Shown one piece after another: positions 28,023-37,302 of a stretch of DNA of 64,000 nucleotides. Origin of the DNA: a virus; the IMG/VR virus record IMGVR_UViG_3300030419_005456, positions 61,571 to 125,570 of that record; one strand, written 5' to 3'. The translations under genes were made by a program, and so were the position numbers. The notes below the pieces were generated by a model. It was not told the origin of the DNA, did no database searches, and saw only the letters and a program-made list of their open reading frames with translations. Each line of letters starts with the position of its first letter. Within the stretch, counting starts at the first letter, position 1.

Positions 28023-28992
28023 CTAGCACCTCCAATCCATGAATAGAATGACGTATGTCATTTTCCAGTTGTATCTCTTTTACAAAATCCGAAAGAAACA
28101 GATCGTAAACCAATATTCTTGCGGGCGAAGAGCCAACAAAAAGAAGGTTTTTGTGTTTAGCTAAACCTCTGTTCCAGTTGTTTACTGCTATGTCGTCAAC
28201 ACAGAATTTCGTATCCTTTGCTCTAGGAATCTGAGCAACGTCAAACCTTAATCCACCAAGCTGTTTTGTAGCTATACCCAAAGAACTAAACGTAGTGAAG
28301 TTCGTTACGATGCAGTCCTCGTACTCATAAAAGTTATGTATAAAACTAGAAGCCTTGGAAACTACCGCTCCCGGTTTTGCTATACCGAACTCTTTAAGAA
28401 CTTCGCCAGATACGTATGGCATTGGAATGTAGCTTTCACTCATGTCGTGAAAATCATACAAGCCGGTTAGCAGTCCAGAAAAAAGAAGCCTGCCGTTATG
28501 CTCGCATATAGAATTTATGTGGTAATTGTCATTTTCAGATTTGTCTTTTGGGTCTATTTCTCGCAAACCCGTCAACACCTTGTGATCCGATTTACTTTCT
28601 CCAAGGACTTCCCAAAAACCTTTCACATTAAAGTCTAAGTCAACTTTTACTATTGCATCATAGGCTGTAGAAGTAGCCCACAGATGATCATCAAAATAGC
28701 ATATCTCGTGAATAGACTTGAAGACTTCTGGATCTTTGTGTGTTCTTTTTATTTCATATGTATGTTTATCTAATTCAATAAACCCAGCAGAATCAGATAC
28801 GATAATGCGATCAGGAAGAACGCAAATGCCACGAAGACCTCTTTCTCCTCCACGCTCATTATCGTTAACAAAATCTCTTTCATAAGGCGCATAGTGCAAG
28901 ACCTCCTCTGTATCAAGGTCTATTACATAAAGGCCGCCGTGAACATCGCCTTGCTTGGCGGCTCTAACCACCGTTGTGCAAATTATCTTCAT
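28006..28992 (-). CDS. Hypothetical beta-propeller-like protein
   Basis: Repeated strand motifs GLRGI, IHEI, YHINSI, WNRGLA; start 28992. Confidence 0.55.
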   Translation of the reverse strand: MKIICTTVVRAAKQGDVHGGLYVIDLDTEEVLHYAPYERDFVNDNERGGERGLRGICVLPDRIIVSDSAGFIELDKHTYEIKRTHKDPEVFKSIHEICYFDDHLWATSTAYDAIVKVDLDFNVKGFWEVLGESKSDHKVLTGLREIDPKDKSENDNYHINSICEHNGRLLFSGLLTGLYDFHDMSESYIPMPYVSGEVLKEFGIAKPGAVVSKASSFIHNFYEYEDCIVTNFTTFSSLGIATKQLGGLRFDVAQIPRAKDTKFCVDDIAVNNWNRGLAKHKNLLFVGSSPARILVYDLFLSDFVKEIQLENDIRHSIHGLEVLDATGH

Positions 28993-29845
28993 TATAAAAG
29001 CTTGCTGTAAAGTCCTGATAGGGTTTAGAAACGTGAGTAAAATCAAAAGCATGATAGTCTATGATGTTACCTTTTAGGTATCTAGCATTAACGGTATCTA
29101 TAGATATATCAAGGTTGCTTGGTACTGTTTCCGTTAATTTTACCATAGAGTTATGTAATACCACACTGTATTCTGGAGACGCCATCAGTGGCGAAGTCCC
29201 AGAAAAGTTACCGCTGTATAAATTGTCTTGCATTATTTTTTCAAAGTACTCTGGGTCTTTAACTTCTGATTTTTTTAGTGCATTAATAAGTATGTTCTTG
29301 TGATAAATATGGCCATTGGTTGAAAAAGGCATGCTAAAGTTTGTGTAATTTTCTACTTTTGTGGCATCCCACAACAAAAATTTATCGAATACAAATTCAC
29401 CCTCTGTTGGAATTGGTGAAAAATATTCTTCTCTTTCGTAAGGGTTTTGTATTACAGTATTGTTTCCCAGTCTTAGCGACAGGGAGGACAAAACGTAGGT
29501 TTTAAAGAGTTTCTTTATTAACCGATAAGACCCAACTCTTTCAAAAAGAATGTTCTCGTCATTAAATAAGCAGCATAAGTCTCTACCTTTGGATACACAC
29601 TTGTAGATATCTTCATTTATATTTGTTGAGTTTCTCAACTTCCATTTGATTGGAAAGTTAACGTTAAACATATGTTTGTTGTAGAAGTGGTTTTGCGTCT
29701 TTATATAACCACGAGCAAACAGATCGTCAGTATAATCATACAGGACGGTTATGTCGAATAGATTGCCACCATTTATTTGTAAGCTATCTAATAAAAGTCT
29801 AAGCTGTGCGGGTCTATCTTTTGAAAGAATTACAGTGGTAATCAT
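28964..29845 (-). CDS. GT-A-like putative glycosyltransferase (paralog of 38607-39443)
   Basis: ILSKDRPAQLRLLLDS, SLRLG.NT, FSTNGHIY. Confidence 0.6.
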   Translation of the reverse strand: MITTVILSKDRPAQLRLLLDSLQINGGNLFDITVLYDYTDDLFARGYIKTQNHFYNKHMFNVNFPIKWKLRNSTNINEDIYKCVSKGRDLCCLFNDENILFERVGSYRLIKKLFKTYVLSSLSLRLGNNTVIQNPYEREEYFSPIPTEGEFVFDKFLLWDATKVENYTNFSMPFSTNGHIYHKNILINALKKSEVKDPEYFEKIMQDNLYSGNFSGTSPLMASPEYSVVLHNSMVKLTETVPSNLDISIDTVNARYLKGNIIDYHAFDFTHVSKPYQDFTASFYNEDNLHNGG

Positions 29846-30837
29846 CTAAGTGCGCTCATACTTGGCGGTAGATCGTTTGAACTATACATTTGCGGAGCGG
29901 GTTGGGTCTCATAAAACCATCTAGCAGTAACATCCAGCCCGTCTTCAAGAGATACGGACGGTGTAAAACCAAGAACCGTCTTTGCTCTGGACGTATCTAA
30001 AGATCTTCTTTTCTGACCGTAAGCTGCCTCTAGCTTCCATTCTATACTACCTTTATAATCAAGCATAAGGCACACTTTGTCCAACAAGTCTTTTGTGGAT
30101 ATTTCTGTATCAGAGCCAACATTAATGATAGAAGGGGCTGTTGGTTTTTCTAAAGCTAGTGTGATTGCGTCAGCCGCATCGTCTACAAATAATAGATCTC
30201 TAGTAGAGCTTGAATCACCCCACACTTCAAGAGGTGATAATCCCCGTCCAACACAGTATCTAACTTTAGTGAGAAAAGATGGTATCATTTTGTTGGTGTG
30301 TGGATCGAAGTTATCTTCAGGACCGTAAAGATCCGCTAAAATAAGAGTTGTAGAATCTATACCAAACTGTTTTTTATAACCATCTAAAAGCGTTACGATA
30401 GCTTTTTTTGCAATCGCATAATGTGATTTGACTGGATGTGGTTGACCGTTCCAAAAATCTTCTTCTTTAAAGGGAACGGGACAATTAGAAGGGTAGGCAC
30501 AGACATCGCAAACGTTGACAATTTTTTTACAGTTATATTGTCGCGCTTCTTCTACCACCATTAGACCCATGTTGAGATTTTCGTACATGAGTCCACCGGG
30601 ATATTTTGCGTTTGCTCTTATTCCACCGTGTTTTGCTGCTAGATGTATCACGGCGTCTGGCTTTGTAGAATCGAACAGCCAGCCAATGTTAGCCTTTTCC
30701 CCTAAGTCTAACCCCTGCCTGAGACCGCCAGCAGTAAAGACATGTTCGTAACCCTTTTCCCTTAAGGCTCTTTCTACGGCTTTTCCGAGAAAACCTTGAC
30801 CGCCTGTAATTAATACGCGGCTACGGTTTGTAATCAT
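29842..30837 (-). CDS. fcl: GDP-L-fucose synthase-like epimerase/reductase
   Basis: TGGQGFLG, HLAAKHGGI.AN, CAYP, YAIAKK, LYGPEDNF, VWGD. Confidence 0.85.
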   Translation of the reverse strand: MITNRSRVLITGGQGFLGKAVERALREKGYEHVFTAGGLRQGLDLGEKANIGWLFDSTKPDAVIHLAAKHGGIRANAKYPGGLMYENLNMGLMVVEEARQYNCKKIVNVCDVCAYPSNCPVPFKEEDFWNGQPHPVKSHYAIAKKAIVTLLDGYKKQFGIDSTTLILADLYGPEDNFDPHTNKMIPSFLTKVRYCVGRGLSPLEVWGDSSSTRDLLFVDDAADAITLALEKPTAPSIINVGSDTEISTKDLLDKVCLMLDYKGSIEWKLEAAYGQKRRSLDTSRAKTVLGFTPSVSLEDGLDVTARWFYETQPAPQMYSSNDLPPSMSALR

Positions 30838-31136
30838 TATTCTAGCTCTTCTAAAAATTCCACAAGAGTTTCTACGTCCATATTATTGGCGCTTTTTTTG
30901 ACGTTATGATCTTCGTCCATGATTACAACCATTGGGTATTTTTCTATACCGAATTCTTGCACAAGATGCCTATTCTGAGGCTTATTGCAAGTTACGAAAG
31001 CTGGTTTTCCACCATGATAAGGTTTAACAGCTTTTAAGACTTGATCATTAGTCCATGCATGCTCTTTCATTTGCACGCAAAATGGACACCAGTCCGTCAT
31101 AAACACCACTACTTGATGTGTTTCCTTCTTTACCAT
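30837..31136 (-). CDS. Thioredoxin-family protein
   Basis: WCPFC, cis-Pro YP; start probably 31136. Confidence 0.8.
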   Translation of the reverse strand: MVKKETHQVVVFMTDWCPFCVQMKEHAWTNDQVLKAVKPYHGGKPAFVTCNKPQNRHLVQEFGIEKYPMVVIMDEDHNVKKSANNMDVETLVEFLEELE

Positions 31137-31204
31137 TTTTAAACTCCAAGGTAAAATCCAGAACCTCCAGTCCTTTAGAGGCTCTGGATAGTGCATACCG
31201 CTAA

Positions 31205-31393
31205 CTATTTACCCATAAAGGGCAAAAGGTTTTTAATAGACTCAGGAGTCCACCAACCTTGGCTCACTCCTAAGAAGAACACTCCAGTACCGACCGTAAG
31301 TAAAAACATTATAGGCTTTTCTCTTGCCATTTTTAATGGGTGAGTAATGCCATAGATAAGGTTTTTAATTGGTCTACCCTTTACAAAGCTCAT
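31205..31393 (-). CDS. Small membrane protein
   Basis: One TM segment. Confidence 0.55.
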   Translation of the reverse strand: MSFVKGRPIKNLIYGITHPLKMAREKPIMFLLTVGTGVFFLGVSQGWWTPESIKNLLPFMGK

Positions 31394-31416
31394 ATTATAC
31401 CCCTTCTAAAAAAGAA

Positions 31417-31596
31417 TTAAGAAGTCTCTCGGAGACTATCTCCCACAATCCATGCACCCGCCAATAAGGTGACTTGCATGACTGTATCTGGGTTAACTGT
31501 ACCTTCACCAAAAATAGTGTCAGCACACACAACTACCATGCCAGCTACAGCGACCCAAAATCGTCGTGAACTGACCATCGACTTTAACTTTGTCAT
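31417..31596 (-). CDS. Small 2-TM holin-like protein (59 aa, not in ORF track)
   Basis: MTKLKSMVSSRRFWVAVAGMVVV...QVTLLAGAWIVGDSLRETS; GGAG RBS; SRRFW resembles the holin S-R/K-F-W motif. Confidence 0.65.
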   Translation of the reverse strand: MTKLKSMVSSRRFWVAVAGMVVVCADTIFGEGTVNPDTVMQVTLLAGAWIVGDSLRETS

Positions 31597-31620
31597 TTAA
31601 AATCTCCATTTAAAAACAAG

Positions 31621-32016
31621 TTAGAAAAAACCTTTTACTTTATCCAGTATACCACCAAAGCTACTGAAACCGCCACCGGAAACGATAAAATAAATAATAA
31701 TACCTAATCCTAAGAGCGCTACCAACCATTTTCTTTTTGCAGCGACAGCATAAGCCTTTTGAGTTATTAGACTTATCCTTTCCAGCCTAAAGTTACGTCT
31801 TTCTCCACGCTTGGCTTGTCTCTTTTGTTTTTTTGAGACTACCTTTTGGTTGTATTCCGCAATCTGATTTATTCTGTTCATGTAAAAATCACTTAAACCT
31901 CTTGTAATTGAGCAGCCCAATTGCTTGAGCAGCATCCCAATAATTATTATACCAAAAACAAACCCTCCAGCCAACACGCCTAGTATAAGTTGAAGGGTTT
32001 TTTTTATGAATATCAT
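31621..32016 (-). CDS. Membrane protein with basic segment
   Basis: Two hydrophobic segments flanking a K/R-rich helix; start uncertain. Confidence 0.55.
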   Translation of the reverse strand: MIFIKKTLQLILGVLAGGFVFGIIIIGMLLKQLGCSITRGLSDFYMNRINQIAEYNQKVVSKKQKRQAKRGERRNFRLERISLITQKAYAVAAKRKWLVALLGLGIIIYFIVSGGGFSSFGGILDKVKGFF

Positions 32017-32021
32017 TAAAG

Positions 32022-33275
32022 TTACTCGACGGGGCTACGTTTTCCCCACCCCTGTCTTAGAGTCCTTAAAGCGTTAGCCCCTAAAAACCCCTCAACCTGA
32101 ACGTCTGTGTACCCAAGAGATGTCAAGTATTTGGTTATTCTTGGAAGTTCGGACAAATCTGAAATTTCATCTGGAGGATCAGTAAAGCCATCATAGTCTG
32201 TACCAATACCAACACATCCAGAACCACCTACATTAATCATGTGGTTCATTGTTTGTTCTATGTGTTTTAATCCTAATCCACTATCTACTGGGGACAACCA
32301 ATAGTTCATAAATATAATACCTATAACACCACCGTTGTCTCCAATCCACTTTATTTCTTTGTCTGTAAGATTGTATGGGTCTCTATGTATTTCAAATGCT
32401 CCAGCATGACTAGCAATAATACAATTACCTTTTTTATGGTGACTGGCTATCTCTAGTATTCTAGATTTTGCTTTTGGCGTACAGTGACAGATGTCTATCA
32501 GCATGCCTAGCTCTAGCATTTTTTCTACAACTTTTTCTCCAGTTAAAGTTAGACCTTTGTTCATGTCCCATTTGCCTAAAGCTTTTTTCCATTTCATATG
32601 GCTCATTGCATATTCTGGATAAGGAAAAACTGGGTATGCTATTCTATTGGGATAGAAGTGGGCCAATGTTAAATAAGCTACACCCCTGTTAAAGAAGTGT
32701 TCTAGATTGGCTAGTATCTCTTCTTCAACATCTTTAGGTGAAGACATGATTTCATCTTCCAAACTTTTTCCTGCTTCGTGACCATGAAGAGAGTGACCTC
32801 CTTCTAAGGAGTGAACTACGCACATATCTCCATTAGCGAGACCTGTGTTTAAAGAATCAACAGAATTAGCAAAACACGCTCGTCTAGCATTAACCCCACG
32901 AGTCATGTTATAAGCGTGAATTTGTCTTTCCATTTCGTCGAGCATGCTATTAGTTGCATCAAAATACGTCGGATCAACCAAAGCCTTTCGCACGCTTGGG
33001 AAGAGCCAAAACAAAAACTTAATTAGTTTTATGTCGTCTATCCATCCTTGTTCTAGGATGTAGGAGGTGGACAACATAACGTCAACACCTCCAGCATCCA
33101 TTTTGGGAAAAGTAACCCTATCGCTAAAAGGCCAAAACTTTCTTTCAAAAAACTTCATAAGAGGTCGTCTCTTTTTAGAGCTTAAGTCTCTATCAAAAGT
33201 TACAGCCTTAAGAGCAGGGTGAGTATGCAGGTCTACCAATGTAGACTTATGGTGAAGTTCTTCCCAATTTTCCAT
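32022..33275 (-). CDS. Membrane dipeptidase family (peptidase M19)
   Basis: VDLHTH, SLEGG, LTLAH, IDICH, ASHAG, VGIGTDYDG, GANALR. Confidence 0.88.
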   Translation of the reverse strand: MENWEELHHKSTLVDLHTHPALKAVTFDRDLSSKKRRPLMKFFERKFWPFSDRVTFPKMDAGGVDVMLSTSYILEQGWIDDIKLIKFLFWLFPSVRKALVDPTYFDATNSMLDEMERQIHAYNMTRGVNARRACFANSVDSLNTGLANGDMCVVHSLEGGHSLHGHEAGKSLEDEIMSSPKDVEEEILANLEHFFNRGVAYLTLAHFYPNRIAYPVFPYPEYAMSHMKWKKALGKWDMNKGLTLTGEKVVEKMLELGMLIDICHCTPKAKSRILEIASHHKKGNCIIASHAGAFEIHRDPYNLTDKEIKWIGDNGGVIGIIFMNYWLSPVDSGLGLKHIEQTMNHMINVGGSGCVGIGTDYDGFTDPPDEISDLSELPRITKYLTSLGYTDVQVEGFLGANALRTLRQGWGKRSPVE

Positions 33276-33276
33276 T

Positions 33277-33951
33277 TTATTTGACCTTTCCATATAGTCT
33301 TTGTATTCTAGGAATATCATCCTGCATTTGAGGTACTTCAATGTTACTATTGTAATAGGGATACATTAAAGCGGTATCAAAGGCCGAATGACCTAAACCT
33401 AATAAATGTCCAATTTCATGGGCGCAGACAGCACGAAACAGTGTTCCTGCTTCTTCCGGTGCTAATGTCCAGTTTTCTGCGGAATCGAACATAGACCACA
33501 ACTGACCGTCATAGTCACGACTAGAGGGTAGCTGCGCCCAAGCTAAAACCCCTCCGCTTTTTCCAAAGCTACTTCTTCTTCTTCCGCTAGATCCAATAAT
33601 AATATCAGATTCTTCTATTTTATCGGTCATTTCAAACGATAAATTTGTAACTTTAGTCCAGCAATCAAAAGATTTTTTGATTTCTCTGTCCCAAACAGAA
33701 GGTACAAAATCGTTATCTCTGTTGAAAATGTGATAAGTCAGATGAGTATGACCATCCACAGTGTTTGGTCCACCCCACCTGTCAGGGCGAAATTTCTTAA
33801 CGTCTTGACTAGCAAGTGTAGAACACTCTATTCCACACTTTGTAACTAAGTCTCTTCTAAATAAACCCTTTCCTTCAACCTTCTCCGTGTATCCAAAAGT
33901 AATACCAAGCATAGAAGCTATGCTGGCCTTCAATATGTCACGGCGATGCAT
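33277..33951 (-). CDS. Matrixin (M10) zinc metallopeptidase with Tat signal
   Basis: HRRDILK, GGVLAWA, HEIGHLLGLGHS, ALMYP, DDIPRIQRLYG. Confidence 0.9.
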   Translation of the reverse strand: MHRRDILKASIASMLGITFGYTEKVEGKGLFRRDLVTKCGIECSTLASQDVKKFRPDRWGGPNTVDGHTHLTYHIFNRDNDFVPSVWDREIKKSFDCWTKVTNLSFEMTDKIEESDIIIGSSGRRRSSFGKSGGVLAWAQLPSSRDYDGQLWSMFDSAENWTLAPEEAGTLFRAVCAHEIGHLLGLGHSAFDTALMYPYYNSNIEVPQMQDDIPRIQRLYGKVK

Positions 33952-33970
33952 GAGTACCCCTTTCTGTAAA

Positions 33971-34279
33971 TTAATTGTTCAGCTTCTTATCAATCCTTTC
34001 CAAAATATCTGCTATTCTTCTTTGGTCTGTTACTATTTTTGTCATGACATGTTGCATGTCTTTTTGTATTTCAGCCCAACTGCGAGGAACATAAACTAAT
34101 GGGGTTCCATCTGTATCACATTTTTCGTGAAGATCATGTAAACCTTTTAGCCAAGTCCTTTCTTCTTGTGTTAGCACTGAACCCTTCGAGTTCGTCTTTG
34201 ATATTAACATTTCAATAACCTTTATGAGTCCCATGGTAATAGCAATTACGGCTACTAAAGCTGGCATTTCTGAAGTCAT
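33971..34279 (-). CDS. Single-TM coiled-coil membrane protein
   Basis: Start reassigned to 34279, since the longer ORF runs through a terminator. Confidence 0.6.
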   Translation of the reverse strand: MTSEMPALVAVIAITMGLIKVIEMLISKTNSKGSVLTQEERTWLKGLHDLHEKCDTDGTPLVYVPRSWAEIQKDMQHVMTKIVTDQRRIADILERIDKKLNN

Positions 34280-34296
34280 AATATTACCCTTCTGGG

Positions 34297-34340
34297 AAAA
34301 AGAAACGGGGGATCTGGCTATTTCCAGAATCCCCCGTCCC
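34297..34340 (-). terminator. Rho-independent terminator
   Basis: ACGGGGGAT-TCTGG...CCAG-ATCCCCCGT followed by TTCTTTTT. Confidence 0.8.
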
Positions 34341-34357
34341 ATATAGAAAATCAACAA

Positions 34358-35071
34358 TTAGCCCGTGATGGCGCTATAATCCATCATAGTTTCGCTTACA
34401 CTACCGTCGCCACTAGTGGACGTACCGGTATAGCTTACGAAGTTAGTTAGAATTACAAACTCACCCGGAATCGCACGAGTTACACGAGCAGCGTTATCAG
34501 TAGCATTGCTGTTGTTGTCAATAGCATTATGCTTCTGCTTAGATCCTCTGCTGGTAATACCAGCCTTGGCCGTACCATCGCTTTGCAACAAACCATGATT
34601 GTTTGTTGATGCAGCGGTTGGATCTCGGAACAAGTTGAAGATTCTCGTAGCCCACGTACCTTTTTGGTAACGAGATTCGGTAAAGTGAATCGAGCGTCGA
34701 GTTCCAAGGTCGGAACCAGCGATAGCAAGAATATCACCCGTAGATGCTTGTCCACCAATAAGCGTTGGAGAACCGCCACGAATCAAAAAGCCCGTATCGG
34801 TTGCAGAACGAGTAACAGCACGAGAGTTGGGATTGTATGCAAATGTACCACTGGAATTAGCGCTTGTAATTCCGGGCTGACCACTCAAATCGTCGGTGTT
34901 CTCAAAGATTTTTGAGCCAGCTAGTTTAATACCTTGAACAATCTCAATTAAAGATTTGGCTTGAAATGCGCTACCGGCGATATTACCGCCATGTAGAACT
35001 GTTCCACCATTCTTTCCGTCGTCGATACCGCCACTACCTTTGGCGGTTGTTTTGTGCGTACTTACAGTCAT
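34358..35071 (-). CDS. Gly/Ser/Thr-rich probable virion structural protein
   Basis: Composition; own promoter, GAGGT RBS and terminator. Confidence 0.55.
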   Translation of the reverse strand: MTVSTHKTTAKGSGGIDDGKNGGTVLHGGNIAGSAFQAKSLIEIVQGIKLAGSKIFENTDDLSGQPGITSANSSGTFAYNPNSRAVTRSATDTGFLIRGGSPTLIGGQASTGDILAIAGSDLGTRRSIHFTESRYQKGTWATRIFNLFRDPTAASTNNHGLLQSDGTAKAGITSRGSKQKHNAIDNNSNATDNAARVTRAIPGEFVILTNFVSYTGTSTSGDGSVSETMMDYSAITG

Positions 35072-35141
35072 TAGATTTACCTCATATAGAATTTACGCAC
35101 CGTTTTCCTTTGGCTCCTAAAATAATATTCCATTCCTAATA

Positions 35142-35151
35142 TATTATACAC
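35142..35151 (-). promoter_or_regulatory. GTGTATAATA phage promoter motif (copy 2)
   Basis: Identical 10-mer overlapping the upstream stop codon. Confidence 0.6.
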
Positions 35152-35788
35152 CATTTTTGAGTATAATTTCTGCCATTTTTGGAGAAGTAAATCTAATACC
35201 GTGTATTCCCATGCTGGAAAATAACTTAAAGTATTTTTTATTTATTAGTTTACTGCATGCGGTTACTAATAAACCTGTTTTTGTTTGTATGTCGTGACAC
35301 ATAATGATGTTATCATCCATGTCATCTGGAAAAGAGCCGGTGCAGTTTATCAAATGGTTGATATTCATATCGTGTAAAATTTCACAAAGCAGCAAAACCG
35401 TTTTCGGAGAAAATAGTCTATATTCCACAATCGGCCTAAGCTCCACATTGTTTTCCCTGCAAACCGTCAAACAAGCTTTTAGGTCTTCTTTAATTTTTCT
35501 CCAGTTGTTTTCTTTGATAAGACTGCTATTTAACACCAAGTCTATAAAAACAGCACCCTGCCTTATAGCTAAAATAATTTCATGAAGCCTGACCTGAGAT
35601 ATGCTTAAACCATAAGGAAAGTCAATAGCCGCAGCAAACTGTTGGTTGTTTAAGAACTCATTAACTTTCGACATAAGGCCAGAAGGCAAGGACACACAGT
35701 GCATGTCTTGTTCGGCAGAAATAAAGATTGTCTCTAGTATATCGTTGTGAGTACAATCTTGATTTGTACAAGCTAATTCGGTAAGCAT
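35144..35788 (-). CDS. DeoC-like aldolase fold, catalytic lysines absent
   Basis: IDFPYG, GAVFIDLV, IVEY; FIKTSTG position reads LINCTG. Confidence 0.7.
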   Translation of the reverse strand: MLTELACTNQDCTHNDILETIFISAEQDMHCVSLPSGLMSKVNEFLNNQQFAAAIDFPYGLSISQVRLHEIILAIRQGAVFIDLVLNSSLIKENNWRKIKEDLKACLTVCRENNVELRPIVEYRLFSPKTVLLLCEILHDMNINHLINCTGSFPDDMDDNIIMCHDIQTKTGLLVTACSKLINKKYFKLFSSMGIHGIRFTSPKMAEIILKNGV

Positions 35789-36294
35789 TCTCTTAGTTTT
35801 TTAAGTGCGTTGATTATATGTCTTCTAGCGGTTTCCCTGCTGTAGTTATTGGATCTTGCAATTTCTTCCATTGTTAGCTTTTCAAAAAATCTCTGATGGA
35901 TAACCTTTTGAAATTCATCTGGTAGCAACTTTATCGTGTCTTTGATGTCAATTTCATTAAAAACTTTGCCATCAATTTTTCCTATGATGGGAAATATCTC
36001 ATCATTTACCTGTGTGTGTCTGGTCTTGTGTTTTATTATGTCAGCGACTTGTTTTTTACACTCCCAGTCAACCCTCGTATAAAGAAAAGATGTAAACTTT
36101 TTGCCACCATTTGGATCAAAAGCTTTCATTGCTTCCCACAGGGATATTAATTTGCATCTTTGAAGATCTTCTGTTGGTATAATATTTCTATATTTTTTAC
36201 ATGCTGAATTGATTATGCGTATATTGTCAATATTTTCCAACGCATCCTCAAACTCAGATTCCGTTATCGTATTTTGCGTGCGCGCTTTTTTCAT
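35773..36294 (-). CDS. Second sigma-70-family factor
   Basis: EDL...LWEAMKAFDP..GKKFTSF; LTMEEIA...SRETARR. Confidence 0.85.
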   Translation of the reverse strand: MKKARTQNTITESEFEDALENIDNIRIINSACKKYRNIIPTEDLQRCKLISLWEAMKAFDPNGGKKFTSFLYTRVDWECKKQVADIIKHKTRHTQVNDEIFPIIGKIDGKVFNEIDIKDTIKLLPDEFQKVIHQRFFEKLTMEEIARSNNYSRETARRHIINALKKLRECLPN

Positions 36295-36646
36295 CTCGAT
36301 TTTCGTCCTTGATAATCTCTCTTTTTTCCTTTTGGCACTCAGGACAATTTGGATAAAAACTGTCGGAATGAGGTTCTATGAAGTGGTGTAAACGCAACTG
36401 ACCTATAGAAATTATTGCTTGGTTTGAGGTTAGCTGCGCTTGCCCCGCCATCAACGAGCCAAGAGCTTTGAAAACGTTTTCTCTATAATCCTTGTCTGAT
36501 TTACTGATAATATTTGGTTCAAAAGACAACGCACTTTTTACTGATGATAATTGCACATCAATTTTGTTGTTTATTTTGTAGCCGATGTATCCTGTAAAAG
36601 CCATATTCAAAATTAGTAAGAAATAAAAAAATTTGTTGGACATCAA
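36254..36646 (-). CDS. Hypothetical membrane-anchored protein
   Basis: N-terminal TM; HH...H...CPEC. Confidence 0.55.
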   Translation of the reverse strand: MMSNKFFYFLLILNMAFTGYIGYKINNKIDVQLSSVKSALSFEPNIISKSDKDYRENVFKALGSLMAGQAQLTSNQAIISIGQLRLHHFIEPHSDSFYPNCPECQKEKREIIKDENRDEKSAHAKYDNGI

Positions 36647-36670
36647 TATACCCCTAGAATAAGTTTTGTA

Positions 36671-37291
36671 TTATCCAACTATTCCATCGGCAAAGCCGTA
36701 AAGAACGGCTTCTTCGGCGGATAGATACCAATCCCCCCTACTTTTCATTTTCCTAGTTATGTAACGCTTCACCTTTTCTCTGGTGACAGACTTGTAATGT
36801 TCCTTAAAAAACTTTCCTTGCATGCAAACATCTGTATAAATTTCCAGCATACGATTGTTTAGTCGTTTTTCGTATTCGCTGCCAGAAATAACAGATAGCG
36901 AATAACCTTCAGAAGAACTTTCTCCGAAGTGTGTCATAAAATCTGTATCTGGCATTAGCAGTCGTTTGTCGGCTGCTTGAAGTATGATGCTACTCATTGA
37001 GCATACACTTGCGTATCCTATAATAGTTATGTAGCAAGGAGATAGAGCAATGGAATTGTATATAGCCATTCCGTCATTCCAGTCGCCACCAACCGTATGC
37101 ATATGTATTGTTATTTTTTCGTCATTTCTACTTTGAAGGAGGTGCAAGTTTTTAATAAACGTTGTCGCCATCCTAAATTCTACTCCGGGTTCTTCTTCTT
37201 CTCCCTGTCCATAGTGTCCGTGTAGATATAACTCTCTTTTTGTAGAATTTATTCCGTATGTATGTATTTCATGTAGAGAGTCGTTAGGCAT
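36671..37291 (-). CDS. clpP: ClpP-family serine protease
   Basis: HTVGG, CSMSS (Ser), FMTH (His), DWYLSAEEAVLYGFAD (Asp). Confidence 0.88.
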   Translation of the reverse strand: MPNDSLHEIHTYGINSTKRELYLHGHYGQGEEEEPGVEFRMATTFIKNLHLLQSRNDEKITIHMHTVGGDWNDGMAIYNSIALSPCYITIIGYASVCSMSSIILQAADKRLLMPDTDFMTHFGESSSEGYSLSVISGSEYEKRLNNRMLEIYTDVCMQGKFFKEHYKSVTREKVKRYITRKMKSRGDWYLSAEEAVLYGFADGIVG

Positions 37292-37302
37292 ATACGGTCT
37301 CC

